Source of the DNA: Nemertoderma westbladi
Lineage: Eukaryota > Animalia > Xenacoelomorpha
Assembly: GCA_032718475.1 (NCBI GenBank)
Contig: JAUCBJ010002498.1
Location: 1-39,233, forward strand
Length of the DNA: 39,233 nucleotides
Direction of reading: 5' to 3'
In this document: positions 1 through 11,858 of the stretch, in pieces
How the letters are laid out: each line of letters opens with the position of its first letter
How positions within the stretch are numbered: position 1 is the first letter of the stretch
The notes under the pieces: generated by a model
What the model saw: the letters and a program-made list of their open reading frames with translations, nothing else
Told to the model about the DNA's origin: nothing
The model's database searches: none
Made by a program: the position numbers and the translations under genes

Positions 1-211
1 CTAGAGTTTACATCTTAAAAATTTTAGTCATCGCGGGGGAATAGTAATAGTGTAGAGTACAGTAATAGAGATAGAGAATAAATAAATGAAGAGAATAATA
101 ATAGAAGAGAAGAGGAGAATAGTAAATAAGATGAGAAAGAGAGCGGATCACAAATCCAAGAGAAGATACGAGACGAGACGAGGAGGAGGAGAAGAAGAAG
201 AAGAGCGACGT

Positions 212-290
212 ACCATGCGGAATCGTACCCACTACTTCCAAAGAGATGTGAATACCATGCCACAGATTTAACCCTTATTCTAAGGTGATA
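212..290 (-). mobile_element. Degenerate tRNA-derived SINE head fragment
   Basis: Matches 649-722 and 7620-7693 (ggaatcgtaccc ... atgccacagatttaacc). The B-box is decayed. Confidence 0.5.
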
Positions 291-511
291 GTTCGGCATA
301 CTACATATTACACAAGAGGATGGAGGGGGTGAAGGTAAGGGGGGTGTTAAGTATAGAGTGTGAATTGTAGAGGGTGGGGGATAGTTGAAGAATAGTTTAA
401 GTAACTCAGCTGATATAATTCAGCTGATATTTTTCCTGATTAATACTCAATATATCGTGGTAGTAAAATATACATGGTGAAGTAATTATAGTAAAGTAAA
501 GTTTACTTAAA

Positions 512-725
512 CTATTAGGCCCGGGAATACTTACGAAGTCTGACAATTTTTACGATTGCTCACAAATTATTTTATGATTACTCACAAATGCGCCGTGTGT
601 TTGTAGTCCAATTATAGCATTCATGCTGAAACGAAAACTGTCCATGTCCCCATACTGGGATCGAACCCACAACCTCCAGAGAGATTCAATTCAATGCCAC
701 AGATTTAACCATTATGTCAAGGTGG
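512..725 (-). mobile_element. tRNA-derived SINE copy
   Basis: The reverse complement has a B box (GGTTCGATCC) and an A-box-like region. The body (atgcgccgtg...gcattc...acgaaaactg; aggcccgggaatacttacgaagtctgac) aligns by eye with 7440-7695. Confidence 0.65.
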
Positions 726-788
726 TACTTCGGGATACTGTATAAAACAAGAGGGTGGGGGTGGGGGGGGGGGCGGGGTAAGTTTAGA

Positions 789-810
789 GGGGGGGGGGGG
801 GGGGGGGGGG
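789..810 (+). repeat. G22 homopolymer in a G-rich tract (G-quadruplex potential)
   Basis: Directly visible. Similar runs at 2923-2937, 5093-5112, 19217-19236, 19677-19692 and 36028-36050. Confidence 0.9.
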
Positions 811-837
811 CTGGTATTAGAATACTTTAAAAACAGT

Positions 838-915
838 CCTAGCCCAACCTTGGCTTTCATCCTTCAGTGGTCGATAAATGGGAACCAAGGCAACTTGGGA
901 AACAGAGTGGAAGCG
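838..915 (+). mobile_element. SINE central-domain fragment
   Basis: ccaaccttggctttcatccttcagtggtcgataaatgggaacc resembles the conserved CAACTCAGCCTTTCATCCTTCC..GGTCGATAAA.TG.GTACC core of invertebrate SINEs. Meta- vs Deu/Nin-type assignment is uncertain. A related motif lies at 1245-1265. Confidence 0.5.
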
Positions 916-1157
916 TTTACTGTGGAAAATCACCCATGGTGGTGAAAAGGCATTCCATGGCTTAATGAGCCTAAGTTATTTTGTTACTTTTTTGTTTATT
1001 TTGTTGGGTTGGTTTAATTAATTTATATTAGTTGGAATGTATGAGGGTGGTCTGGGATGGATGGTTCAGGATGCCGAATATTTTAAATGACTCTTGTGCC
1101 TATTATGTAAAGAGAAAGATTAAAACCCGCCTTAAATAAAAAAATAAAGTATCTTAC

Positions 1158-1372
1158 CCGGAGGTCGTGGGTTCGATCCTTGTAGGGATGGGTGCCAGAG
1201 AATGTTATGTTTTCGTACAAATACTAAAGGAACTAGCCAGGGCGCAACTCTGCCTTTCATTCTTAAATTGCACTAGTTGAGTTCCACTTTAATCTTAGTA
1301 GGCCTAATATAGCTCTGGGGGAACTGAAAGTGGAAATAATTCGTAAGACTTTGTGCACAATTCCTGCCTTAT
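1158..1372 (+). mobile_element. tRNA-derived SINE copy (same family, opposite orientation)
   Basis: B box gaggtcgtgggttcgatcc, then caactctgcctttcattctt. The 3' part (ctctgggggaactg...aagactttgtgcacaattcctgcct) is a reverse-complement homolog of 7445-7502. Confidence 0.6.
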
Positions 1373-1603
1373 TTACTTGTCCGTCTTTATCCACTCTATA
1401 CAATGAAAGGGTAGTGATATTAACCAGGAACCATCATTGCACTCCGATTGATATTACATTCTAACTACAAATTTTGGCAGGACAATTACCTCTTTAGATA
1501 AATCCAATCGGTATTTTAATAATTTATTTTTGGTATTTTGGGTGAATGAGTGATTTCAAGTAATTATACTCAATTACAGGCACAACTAATAAAAGCCGGC
1601 AAT

Positions 1604-2115
1604 GACATCCAGGTGGGATCGAACTTGTGACCTCGAGGTTAGAAGTAGAGCGCCAACTAGGGCCTGAAGCGGTTAACCGGTTAATTCAAAGTTAACCGGT
1701 TAGAAATTAATTAACCGGTTAACCGGCTTGATGTCACATTTTGCGGTTTTCAGATTCTGTTACCAGCTTCATTACCTGTATGTTTCAATTTTAATGTGTA
1801 TTTCCCATTGCAATGTTTCAGAAATTTATTTTGTACTGTATGTAGCTGTAGGACTACAGTACAGTATACATACGCTATAGTTTCTCCACTTCAATAATCC
1901 GAATAATAGAGTTATTGGGACTAAAGTAACCTAAATACTGTATACTGTGAAAATTGTGTATACTGTTGTTCTCAATACAAAATGAGATTTTAAAGATAAT
2001 TTCAACCTAAAACAAACATTTCTACTTTTTAACGGTTAACTGGTTAATTGGAAATGGTTAACCGGTTGATGGAAAAATTAACCGCTTCAGGCCCTTGATC
2101 CAACTATTCCCCTAG
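1604..2115 (-). pseudogene. tRNA-like sequence (tRNA pseudogene or SINE head, TCT/Arg-like anticodon loop) interrupted by a MITE
   Basis: The minus strand reads ...gctctacttctaacctcgaggtcacaagttcgatcccacctggatgtc, with a CTTCTAA loop and a TTCGATC T-loop. The stems are imperfect. Confidence 0.35.
1658..2096. mobile_element. hAT-type MITE (~440 bp)
   Basis: TIRs TAGGGCCTGAAGCGGTTAA / TTAACCGCTTCAGGCCCT(T), multiple subterminal GGTTAACCGG palindromes, and a degenerate 8-bp TSD gcgccaac (1650-1657) / gatccaac (2097-2104). Confidence 0.85.
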
Positions 2116-2251
2116 CGAATCAGGTAAAAGGAAATAATACCTACCTTGTATGACCGCAATTCACGTCCTATTTTCTCCCATCTCTGTAAATACCAAAATC
2201 TAATATTGTTAGTTCTGAGGATAGTTAAGGTTAGCTTTGTAAGACTCAATG

Positions 2252-2445
2252 GGGCGTAAACGCTACGCCGACCACCGGCAGCCGACAACAGCAAATATGA
2301 AAATGTAACCTGAGTTCGTCACTCTCGTTTATTGCTTTGGTTAGAATATAACCTGTAGCTTTCCCTCAATTGACAATTAACATTAATTAGCTTTAATAAT
2401 AGTTGTCGGCGTTGGTTGACGGTTGTCGGCGTAGCATTTACACCC
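2252..2445. mobile_element. Small MITE with ~35-45 bp imperfect TIRs (PIF/Harbinger-like GGG termini)
   Basis: gggcgtaaacgctacgccgaccaccggcagcc versus the reverse complement of the right end, gggtgtaaatgctacgccgacaaccgtcaacc. No clear TSD. Confidence 0.7.
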
Positions 2446-3607
2446 GTTTCAATGAAATTATCTTACAATATATATTTGACTTATACAAGACATATAAAAC
2501 GAATGTGGATAAATTTCTCCAAACCTGGTTTCAGCTCAACCCAATACTGCAAATGCAATAAAATGTTGAAATTTTTATTCAACCTTAAACACTCATAGAG
2601 ACTCGTAGACAAAACTTTTAAATTATCCAGATATAGGGAATTGGGGCTCTTTAGAAGAAGTAACAATTAAAAAATCTAAGTTCAAGTGTGCATTTACTTC
2701 GAACATCATGTATCACACAGAGTTTATGTCAAGTCAATCAATCCTTGTTGCGGTCGGTCATTCATCGGGGTGGGGATAAAAATATGACTGATAGTCACCC
2801 ATTTTGATTAACGGCATAGGCCGCCCCAATACAAAAAGTAAATTATGTTCTTTATCTCTGCTATATATCATTAAGTAGGACGAAATAAAGACATGCAGTC
2901 ATCAACCAGATAGGATTGGCGTGGGGGGGGGGGGGGGCTCTCCTCAATCTAAATTCATCCCTATCCAGGGGAAATCGACGCTGATTGGTAAACCACAATA
3001 ATGTAACTGTAACCTGATTATTTGACAATGAATCGAGATATTACGAACTGAGATGGGATTTGCGTGAAGCCCGTCTCTCTTTGAGGTTGTATTAGTAATT
3101 GTATTATCTACATGACATTAATTATAATGAGTTAATTTTCCCCCTTGGGGTATTATGGTATGGAACATAATATTCAACATAAATATAAAAAAAACAAAAA
3201 CATATTTACATAAATAACCTAAATTCATTATACAGATATATGAGATATAAGATCACAACACTTTGTAATTAGTGTATAATATATATAATATATGCTAATG
3301 TACGATATTACAAAATCAATTGAAATCCTACAGTAAGGAATTTTTGCAATAATTTTGGAATTTAGTAAAGAAGTACCAGTCCGTCAGTATGTAGGAGGGA
3401 AATTTGAATTTATTTCAATGATGGCATTGCTCTATAGTAGATACCATTACCAGATTACTGCATTATGCATTATGTCAGTACCGATTACAGCTGTGTAGTT
3501 GAACATATACGGTAATAAAAGCAAATATAATAGGCCTAATAATATCAATCAGTCAATGTATGTACGAAGTAGTAAAACTGTGTTAGTCTATGTATTTTAA
3601 AGTAAGT

Positions 3608-4529
3608 TCATTGGTCCGGTTCACCCTGACCAGCACCTTCATCCTGACCACCAACACCGACGGCTACACCACCTTGAGCGCCACCGTGAGCACCACCAGG
3701 GGCGGCAGGGGGAACACCCTGAGCTCCAGCAGGTGCGGCAGGGGGTACACCCTGAGCTCCACCAGGTGCGGCAAGGGGAACACCAAACCCCCTCACTAGC
3801 GGAGCACGGACAACCGGGGCTATAACTGCCAACTGAAGATGCCGACGTTCAATTGGGACATTGTTAATGGGTGTCACCGATGAGTAATGCAGAGTGGGCA
3901 ACGATGGAAGTTCGCTTCCGGCGCTCTGCCCGGGCTTCACCCAACCCACGACATACCAGCCGCCAGCGTTATTAATTTCTTGAACGGAGTTCGTCACAAA
4001 CTCGTCCAATTGATCGACTTCGGCGACTGGTAGCGCCACCAGAGTCGACGACAAACTCTCCGGCATAATGAACAGGCTGGTGAAAGCTCGAGAACGGAGT
4101 GGAGCAACTTCAAAATCCTCAAACATCGGGGATGTCAACTCCAGTTCCAGCACCCAAATACTGCTGGATGTACTGCTCATACAGCAGCAGTTTGCTGCAG
4201 AACGCGAGTCGCACAGCGGCCCCGGACACACCGCACTCGAAAATCCGAACGTCACCACCTCCAGAGTGGTGTTCACCGCGAAGGTGCTCATAGAGCAATC
4301 GATAAAGTTGGTCCCCAACGGGAACACCCGACGGTCAGCGGCACACGCCAACATAGGAACGACCACGTCCATGGTCGAAACGACAGCGAAGGTGCTGTCC
4401 CCCTCGAACCGCGGGTTAATGATGGCGACGTAGGCCCCTATAGTGACGTCCCGCAAGAACGCCAACGTCGTCCCGACCTCGGCAGCAGTACGCAGCACTA
4501 GCGCGAACAGTTTACCGGAAACGACGCAC
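3608..4529 (-). CDS. Last exon of gene A (extends the 296-aa ORF); C-x4-C-x7-CCC cluster, GGWYVVGW motif, Pro/Gly/Ala repeat tail
   Basis: GC-rich open frame in an AT-rich context, with a canonical 3' splice site at its 5' end. Confidence 0.8.
3672..3785 (-). repeat. 33-bp coding tandem repeat (AAPGGAQGVPP x ~3)
   Basis: Visible in both the DNA and the translation of the gene A C-terminus. Confidence 0.8.
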
Positions 4530-5193
4530 CTGTAAGTTAAATAATATTCATTAATACCATTAATTTTAATACTATTAATAAATTATAACTATAAATAATA
4601 TTTGTATTATAATCCATTTCATTCATAATCCAACTCTATTGTGAATGTTGTTTTACTATCGCTTTTCAGTTTTCACATCAGAGTTCTTTATTACTGAAGC
4701 GAACGAACACAGGAACATTCATCAATTACTTAGCAACAGGTATGTGGGTAGTTTTATTACAAACTTTTAACAACAAATTAATAACTAGATAACGTTGTAC
4801 TCTAGATTTTATAATGTGTTACATAACAACGTGCTGCTATACTGAAGACGTAAACGAAAATATCACAATTAGTAGTAAAATAGTCGAGTGTCTGTAACCA
4901 CGGTATCAAAATACTATGAAAATTGTTTGAAACTAGGGAATTTTATGAATCACCGAATGTTTTCATAAAGTATATCGGTACTTTATAAACGCCCTTATAA
5001 TCGCGAATTAACTACTGGAAGTTTTCAATAAATTTCCTTAAATAAAAAGTGTGTACGTTTGTCTTTAACTATAAACTTAGCGAATATCAGCAGGGGGGGG
5101 GGGGGGGGGGGGTATTACGCAACCAAAATTAAATATATAATTGAAATTAATACAAGTAAGGATAAGGATAAGTATTAAGTTACACAAACTTAC

Positions 5194-5333
5194 CTACAGA
5201 ACACCAGCCGACTGTAAGTTAGTTCCTTCTTCCCCTTTTTAGCTCCTTTCCCATAGGAAACTTGGAGGGTGGACTTTGCTGGTTTGGTGATGTGAAGCAC
5301 CTGTGCGTGCAGTCGGGTGTTCCGTACTCGTAC
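5194..5333 (-). CDS. 3' half of the first coding exon of gene A
   Basis: Open frame VRVRNTRLHAQVLHITKPAKSTLQVSYGKGAKKGKKELTYSRLVFC ending at the GTAAGT donor. Confidence 0.75.
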
Positions 5334-5593
5334 TAGGGCTCGATCGGAGTTGGGATTTGGCCGGAGCCGGAGCAGGAGCCGGAGTTGGACAATTTGGCCG
5401 GAGCCGGAGCAGGAGCCGGAGTTTTTCAAAAAATTTAAAAATTTAATTATTTATTAAAAAAAAAAAGTATGGTTATCGTTCGCCATTCGCTCATAATCAA
5501 TCATACTGTAGGCAGGTAGGTCTAATTAATTTCATAATTTATAGATTTACGAATTTTCAATTTAAAATTTAAGTAATTAATTTATCACGGACA

Positions 5594-5693
5594 GACGGCC
5601 TGACGCTGACGGCGACGGCCTGATGCTGACGGCGACGGCCTGATGCTGACGGCGACGGCCTGATGCTGACGGCGACGGCCTGACGCTGACGGC
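5594..5693. repeat. 20-bp minisatellite x5 inside the hAT element
   Basis: GACGGCCTGA(C/T)GCTGACGGC repeated five times. Confidence 0.95.
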
Positions 5694-6508
5694 TAAAAAT
5701 TACCTACAGTACCTAACAGCCTAACCCTATATGGAATACTGACAAAAAGCGCGCCACACGCGTTCTGGTTAAACGAAAATCGCGCCAGCCATGATATCTA
5801 ATGCGCGCCAAGCCAACAATTGACTATGAAATTTTGCAGTAATTGCTTAATTGTAATAATTTATCAGTTTATAATTCCTGAATTCTGTAGCCCTACAGTA
5901 TGTTAACATTAAAATGCGAGCGTAGCGAGCAAGGAAATTTTCCAATTATGTTAACATAAATACAGTCTGACTGTCTGACAGTAATAGTCAGATAGTGCTG
6001 TAGTTGTAGTAGTAGTAGTAGTAGGTCAACGTCAACTGACTGTTTTTAAATGCAGATGTGATCAAGATGCGAGCGTAGCGAGCACGAAAATTTTAACATT
6101 TCAGCATTTAAAGTAGGCAAACCGACTGTTTTCAAATGCAGAAATGCAGATGTCATTACCGGTAAATTGCGAGCGTAGCGAGCACGGAAATTCTGCTGAA
6201 TCATGCAGGCTTTCATGGTTTTATTGGTTTGAAGAATCTGACAATTGAAAAACTTTTGAAACAATAAGTCATGTTTTTAATGGTCATGCTCAATCTGTCC
6301 GTTTCCATTTGTCCACAGCCAGACAGTACTACTAAGAGTAGATTTACAGTATAAACGCGAGCGAAGCGAGCGGACATTTTTCAATCTTTTTAAACCTATG
6401 GAATAATTTCAAATAGAGCTGTAGAGTGGGATGTGTTGCTAGTGCACTGCTACGCTACCTCCTACTGTCCCTAACCTAACCCTACATCCTCCATATTCGC
6501 GCCAGGAC

Positions 6509-6619
6509 CGCCAGGATCCTCAATGCGCGCCACACGCCCCTGTCACTACGCGCCAGGATCCTTAATCCGCGCCACACGCCCCTGTCACTACGCGCCAGGA
6601 TCCTTAATCCGCGCCACAC
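6509..6619. repeat. 42-bp tandem repeat x~2.6 inside the hAT element
   Basis: cgccaggatcc..aat.cgcgccacacgcccctgtcacta at 6509, 6551 and 6593. Confidence 0.85.
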
Positions 6620-7124
6620 ATGTTGAGCAAACTCTACATAAATTCCAACCTGGAGCCTAACTCGCTAACTGTGGTAGAGGTGTGTACTGTAGGTAGCCTA
6701 CCGTACTGCCGTACGTGTACTGCAGTACAGTATGCTGGCATGACAGCAGTAAATGGCTGCAGTGGTACAGTCTGATAGTGTACAATCATAGCATTTACAA
6801 TTTTTTAAAGTAGGGCCTATCTGTAATAGTCTGCTAGTCAGCCAGCTGGCCAGTACCAGTACTGCAGTACAGTCAGTCAGTCATTGACTTTAAGTAAATA
6901 CTGCAGTATTCTGGTATTATCAGATTATACTTGATATTGAAGCTGTACTACAGTACTTATAGTGTTAAATAATTGTTCAGATTAGAATATGCACGAAATA
7001 TAATACTTTATTAAAAAATTAACTCCGGCAATATTTTTACCGGAGCCGGAGCAGGAGCCGGAGGTGCCAAAATGGCCGGAGCCGGAGCCGGAGGCCGGAG
7101 CTCCGATCGAGCCCTAACTCGTAC

Positions 7125-7241
7125 CCCTCTATCCTTTAACACCTGCAACGAAACACCTGAGTACTTGTCTCCTAAAAGAACAGTCAAGTGGTACTCGACA
7201 TCTGTTCCCTCCCGGATGGCTAATGAAGACTGGGTTGTCAT
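7125..7241 (-). CDS. 5' half of the first coding exon of gene A (start codon at 7241)
   Basis: The ATG has an in-frame stop upstream. A candidate acceptor TTGCAG| at 7278/7277 suggests a 5' UTR intron. Confidence 0.7.
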
Positions 7242-7439
7242 TACAGGTATCCTATGCAGCTATGGTATACGCTTAATCTGCAACATAAACATTTATTACG
7301 CGAAATTAATTATAATTAATTCATTAATATAACATCTAAAGACTGCTTATGATTAAATAATTAATTTTATTCCATATCCACGTTGCTTCATTCTCTCATT
7401 CAAGTAAAGAAAAACAAGTAAAAAGTTATATTTTATTCG

Positions 7440-7695
7440 GCCACTAGGCCAGGGATTACGCACAAAGTCTGACGACTTAATTCCAGTGCGGTCCCCCCAG
7501 AACTATACTCCCCAGAGGAAACTACAATACTCATTTAGCTACCAGGCAAAGAAGCAAGGTAGACATGCGCCGTGACTGGTCCCTTTAATGCATTCGTGCC
7601 ATAACGAAAACTGCCCTGCCCCCATGTGGGGATCGAACCCACGACCTCTGCAGTGATGTGAATTTAATGCCATGGATTTAACCACCATGCCAAGT
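7440..7695 (-). mobile_element. tRNA-derived SINE copy
   Basis: Minus strand: TGGCATGGTGG (A box) ... GGTTCGATCCC (B box), followed by a body homologous to 512-650 and 1200-1372. Confidence 0.7.
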
Positions 7696-8619
7696 GGAAC
7701 TTAATCATTGAAAAGCTCACATTATTATTTACACACATCCAATTATAGTTCATGTGCGATAAATACAAAATGTAAATAAACAAAAAAAAAATAGTTTACT
7801 GTTACCGCGGTTATGTCATTATTTAGATTTAGTAGAGGCATTTAATATTCAAACTTACCTTTAATATTGTCTTGCTTCAACTACTTTATTCTCCGGTAAC
7901 ACTCTGAATCTCTGAATATCTAGTTCTATATAGTTTTAATAATAAAATGTAACATAACATGTAATGATACAATGTGTGTCAAAACTCTTACAATCTAAGT
8001 TAATGATATATTTTGTAAACTAAAATATCAAATAATATAAACTCAAATGATATACAGTCAGACAGTTTACCTACTTGTTTAATTTTATTAAAAAACTGAA
8101 AGATTATTTTACGACGACCGAGGTGTATTATTTAAGGAGTAATTATTTCGATAAACCTGTTGTACTATAAATATGTATTCCAAACAGGTAATGTAAAGTA
8201 CATTTTTCTGCACTCCTGAACCACCTATCTGCCTATTGCCAACAACAGCTTCGTGACTTTCTTGGGTCAACAGGGTAACAGGATTGATCAGATGATAACC
8301 GACATTTTAAAATATGTTTCTTGGAGAGCGTACTCAAAAATATAAACTCAACATCCAATCTTGGTTTTATGTAGTTGAGCTGCTCTCTACTAACAGTATT
8401 CCAGAACATTAAATCATTTAAAATTGAGTAAGACAGCATCAGAAATTGAAGAGTACAATCATTGGAATCGCTGTAACTATAGAAGTATTTGTAGTAAAAT
8501 AATGTAATTCAAGTTATTTTGTAATGTAACACTATTTGTTACTAAATCTTTTAAAGGAATTAATAAATAAAATAACTAAAAAGTAGCGCGAGTTAAGGTG
8601 CACCTTAACTACTAAAAGC

Positions 8620-11600
8620 CTTTTATATTTCTAGTTATACATTTATACTTAATAAAATGTCACCTTATATCTTTCTGGCTATAGGGCCTACTTAACGAAG
8701 TGTCACACCTACTTAACAAAGTGTCTCACTATATGTTTCTGGATATAGGGCCTACTTAACGAAGTGTCACGTTATCTATTTCTAGTTATACAGTTATACT
8801 TAATAAAATGTCACCTTATATCTTTCTGGGTATAGGGCCTACTTAACAAAGTGTCGCACTATATGTTTCAGGATATAGGGCCTACTTAACGAAGAGTCAC
8901 AATTATATATTTCTGGCTATAGGGCCTACTTAACAAAGTGTCAAAATATATGTTTCTGGAAATAGGGCCTACTTAACGAAGTGTCACCATATCTATTTCC
9001 AGTTATACATAATAAAATATCACCTTATATATTTCTGGATATAGGGCCTTGGCCTACTTAACAAAGTGTCGCACTATATGTTTCAGGATATAGGGCCTAC
9101 TTAACAAAGTGTCGCACTATATGTTTCAGGATATAGGGTCTACTTAACAAAGTGTCGCACTATATGTTTCAGGATATAGGGCCTACTTAACAAAGTGTCG
9201 CACTATATGTTTCAGGATATAGGGCCTACTTAACGAAGTGTCACATTATCTATTTCTAGTTATACAGTTATACTTAATAAAATGTCACCTTATATCTTTC
9301 TGGGTATAGGGCCTACTTAACAAAGTGTCGCACTATATGTTTCAGGATATAGGGCCTACTTAACAAAGTGTCGCACTATATGTTTCTGGCTATAGGCCTA
9401 CTTAACAAAGTGTCGCACTATTTGTTTCAGGATATAGGGCCTACTTAACGAAGAGTCACAATTATATATTTCTGGCTATAGGGCCTACTTAACAAAGTGT
9501 CGCACTATATGTTTCAGGATATAGGACCTACTTAACAAAGTGTCGCACTATATGTTTCAGGATATATGGCCTACTTAACAAAGTGTCACAATATATGTTT
9601 CTGGATATAGGGCCTACTTAACGAAGTGTCACCATTATCTATTTCTAGTTATACAGTTATACTTAATAAAATGTCACCTTATATCTTTCTGGATATAGGG
9701 CCTTGGCCTACTTAACAAAGTGTCGCACTATATGTTTCAGGATATAGGGCCTACTTAACGAAGAGTCACACTTATATGTTTCTGGATATAGGGCCTACTT
9801 AACAAAGTGTCAAAATATATGTTTCTGGAAATAGGGCCTACTTAACGAAGTGTCACCATATCTATTTCTAGTTATACATAATAAAATATCACCTTATATA
9901 TTTCTGGATATAGGGCCTTGGCCTACTTAACAAAGTGTCGCACTATATGTTTCAGGATATAGGGCCTACTTAACAAAGTGTCGCACTATATGTTTCAGGA
10001 TATAGGGCCTACTTAATGAAGTGTCACCATATCTATTTCTAGTTATACATAATAAAATATCACCTTATATATTTCTGGATATAGGGCCTTGGCCTACTTA
10101 ACAAAGTGTCGCACTATATGTTTCAGGATATAGGGCCTACTTAACAAAGTGTCGCACTATATGTTTCTGGAAATAGGGCCTACTTAACGAAGTGTCACCA
10201 TATCTATTTCTAGTTATACATAATAAAATATCACCTTATATATTTCTGGATATAGGGCCTTGGCCTACTTAACAAAGTGTCGCACTATATGTTTCAGGAT
10301 ATAGGGCCTACTTAACAAAGTGTCGCACTATATGTTTCAGGATATAGGGCCTACTTAACAAAGTGTCGCACTATATGTTTCAGGATATAGGGCCTACTTA
10401 ATGAAGTGTCACCATATCTATTTCTAGTTATACATAATAAAATATCACCTTATATATTTCTGGATATAGGGCCTTGGCCTACTTAACAAAGTGTCGCACT
10501 ATATGTTTCAGGATATAGGGCCTACTTAACAAAGTGTCGCACTATATGTTTCTGGAAATAGGGCCTACTTAACGAAGTGTCACCATATCTATTTCTAGTT
10601 ATACATAATAAAATATCACCTTATATATTTCTGGATATAGGGCCTTGGCCTACTTAACAAAGTGTCGCACTATATGTTTCAGGATATAGGGCCTACTTAA
10701 CAAAGTGTCGCACTATATGTTTCAGGAATATAGGACCTACTTAACGAAGTGTCACAATTATATATTTCTGGCTATAGGGCCTACTTAACAAAGTGTCGCA
10801 CTATATCTTTCTGGCTATAGGTCCTACTTAACGAAGTGTCACAATTATATATTTCTGGCTATAGGCCTACTTAACAAAGTGTCACAATATATGTTTTTGG
10901 ATATAGGGCCTACTTAACAAAGTGTCAAAATATATGTTTCTGGAAATAGGGCCTACTTAACGAAGTGTCACCATATCTATTTCTAGTTATACATAACTAA
11001 AATATCACCTTATATCTTTCTGGTTATAGGGCCTACTTAACAAAGTGTTGCACTATATGTTTCAGGATATAGGGCCTACTTAACAAAGTGTCGCACTATA
11101 TGTTTCAGGATATAGGTCCTACTTAACAAAGTGTCGCACTATATGTTTCAGGATATAGGGCCTACTTAACAAAGTGTCGCACTATATATTTCTGGATATA
11201 GGGCCTACTTAACAAAGTGTCGCACTATATGTTTCAGGATATAGGTCCTACTTAACAAAGTGTCGCACTATATGTTTCAGGATATAGGGCCTACTTAACA
11301 AAGTGTCGCACTATATGTTTCAGGATATAGGTCCTACTTAACAAAGTGTCACAATATATGTTTCTGGATATAGGGCCTACTTAAAGAAGTGTCACGTTAT
11401 CTATTTCTAGTTATACAGTTATACTTAATAAAATGTCACCTTATATCTTTCTGGCTATAGGGCCTACTTAACAAAGTGTTGCACTATATGTTTCAGGATA
11501 TAGGGCCTACTTAACAAAGTTTTGCACTATATGTTTCAGGATATAGGGCCTACTTAACAAAGTTTTGCACTATATGTTTCAGGATATATGGCCTACTTAA

Positions 11601-11858
11601 CAAAGTGTTGCACTATATGTTTCAGGATATATGGCCTACTTAACAAAGTATTGCACTATATGTTTCAGGATATAGGGCATACTTAACAAAGTGTTGCACT
11701 ATATGTTTCAGGATATAGGGCCTACTTAACAAAGTTTTGCACTATATGTTTCTGGATATATGGCCTACTTAACAAAGTGTTGCACTATATGTTTCAGGAT
11801 ATAGGGCCTACTTAACAAAGTGTTGCACTATATGTTTCAGGATATAGGGCCTACTTAA
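8620..11858. repeat. 43-bp satellite/minisatellite array (~75 units) with higher-order structure
   Basis: Consensus GGATATAGGGCCTACTTAACAAAGTGTCGCACTATATGTTTCA. Period measured at 9061->9104. Confidence 0.97.

Larger units (their letters stand above)
5334..7116. mobile_element. Non-autonomous hAT DNA transposon (1783 bp)
   Basis: Perfect 16-bp TIR TAGGGCTCGATCGGAG / CTCCGATCGAGCCCTA and perfect 8-bp TSD ACTCGTAC (5326-5333, 7117-7124). GCCGGA subterminal repeats at both ends, internal GCGAGCG(T/A)AGCGAGC motifs, no transposase ORF. Confidence 0.95.
3608..7241 (-). pseudogene. Gene A: two-coding-exon gene for a 392-aa Cys-cluster protein of unknown function, disrupted by a hAT insertion; join(7241..7125, 5333..5194, 4529..3608)
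   Basis: Removing the hAT element and one TSD copy fuses MTTQSS...KDRGVR to VRNTRLHAQ...YSRLVFC in frame. The donor AG|GTAAGT at 5194/5193 (phase 2) fits the acceptor TTACAG|G at 4530/4529, giving ...FC-R-CVVSGKLFALVLRTAAEV. Total 1179 nt. Confidence 0.8.

Noticed and set aside
8-299. Three overlapping ORFs
   Set aside because: They arise from GA-rich low-complexity sequence.
4068-4433. 121-aa plus-strand ORF (also 3590-3799 and 4099-4293)
   Set aside because: Antisense shadows of the GC-rich gene A exon.
5334-7116. Autonomous transposase in the hAT element
   Set aside because: The longest internal ORFs are under 80 aa and have no DDE or BED motifs.
7620-7693. Functional tRNA gene (also 649-722 and 1604-1657)
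   Set aside because: A/B boxes are present but the acceptor and anticodon stems do not pair properly, and most copies continue into a shared SINE body.
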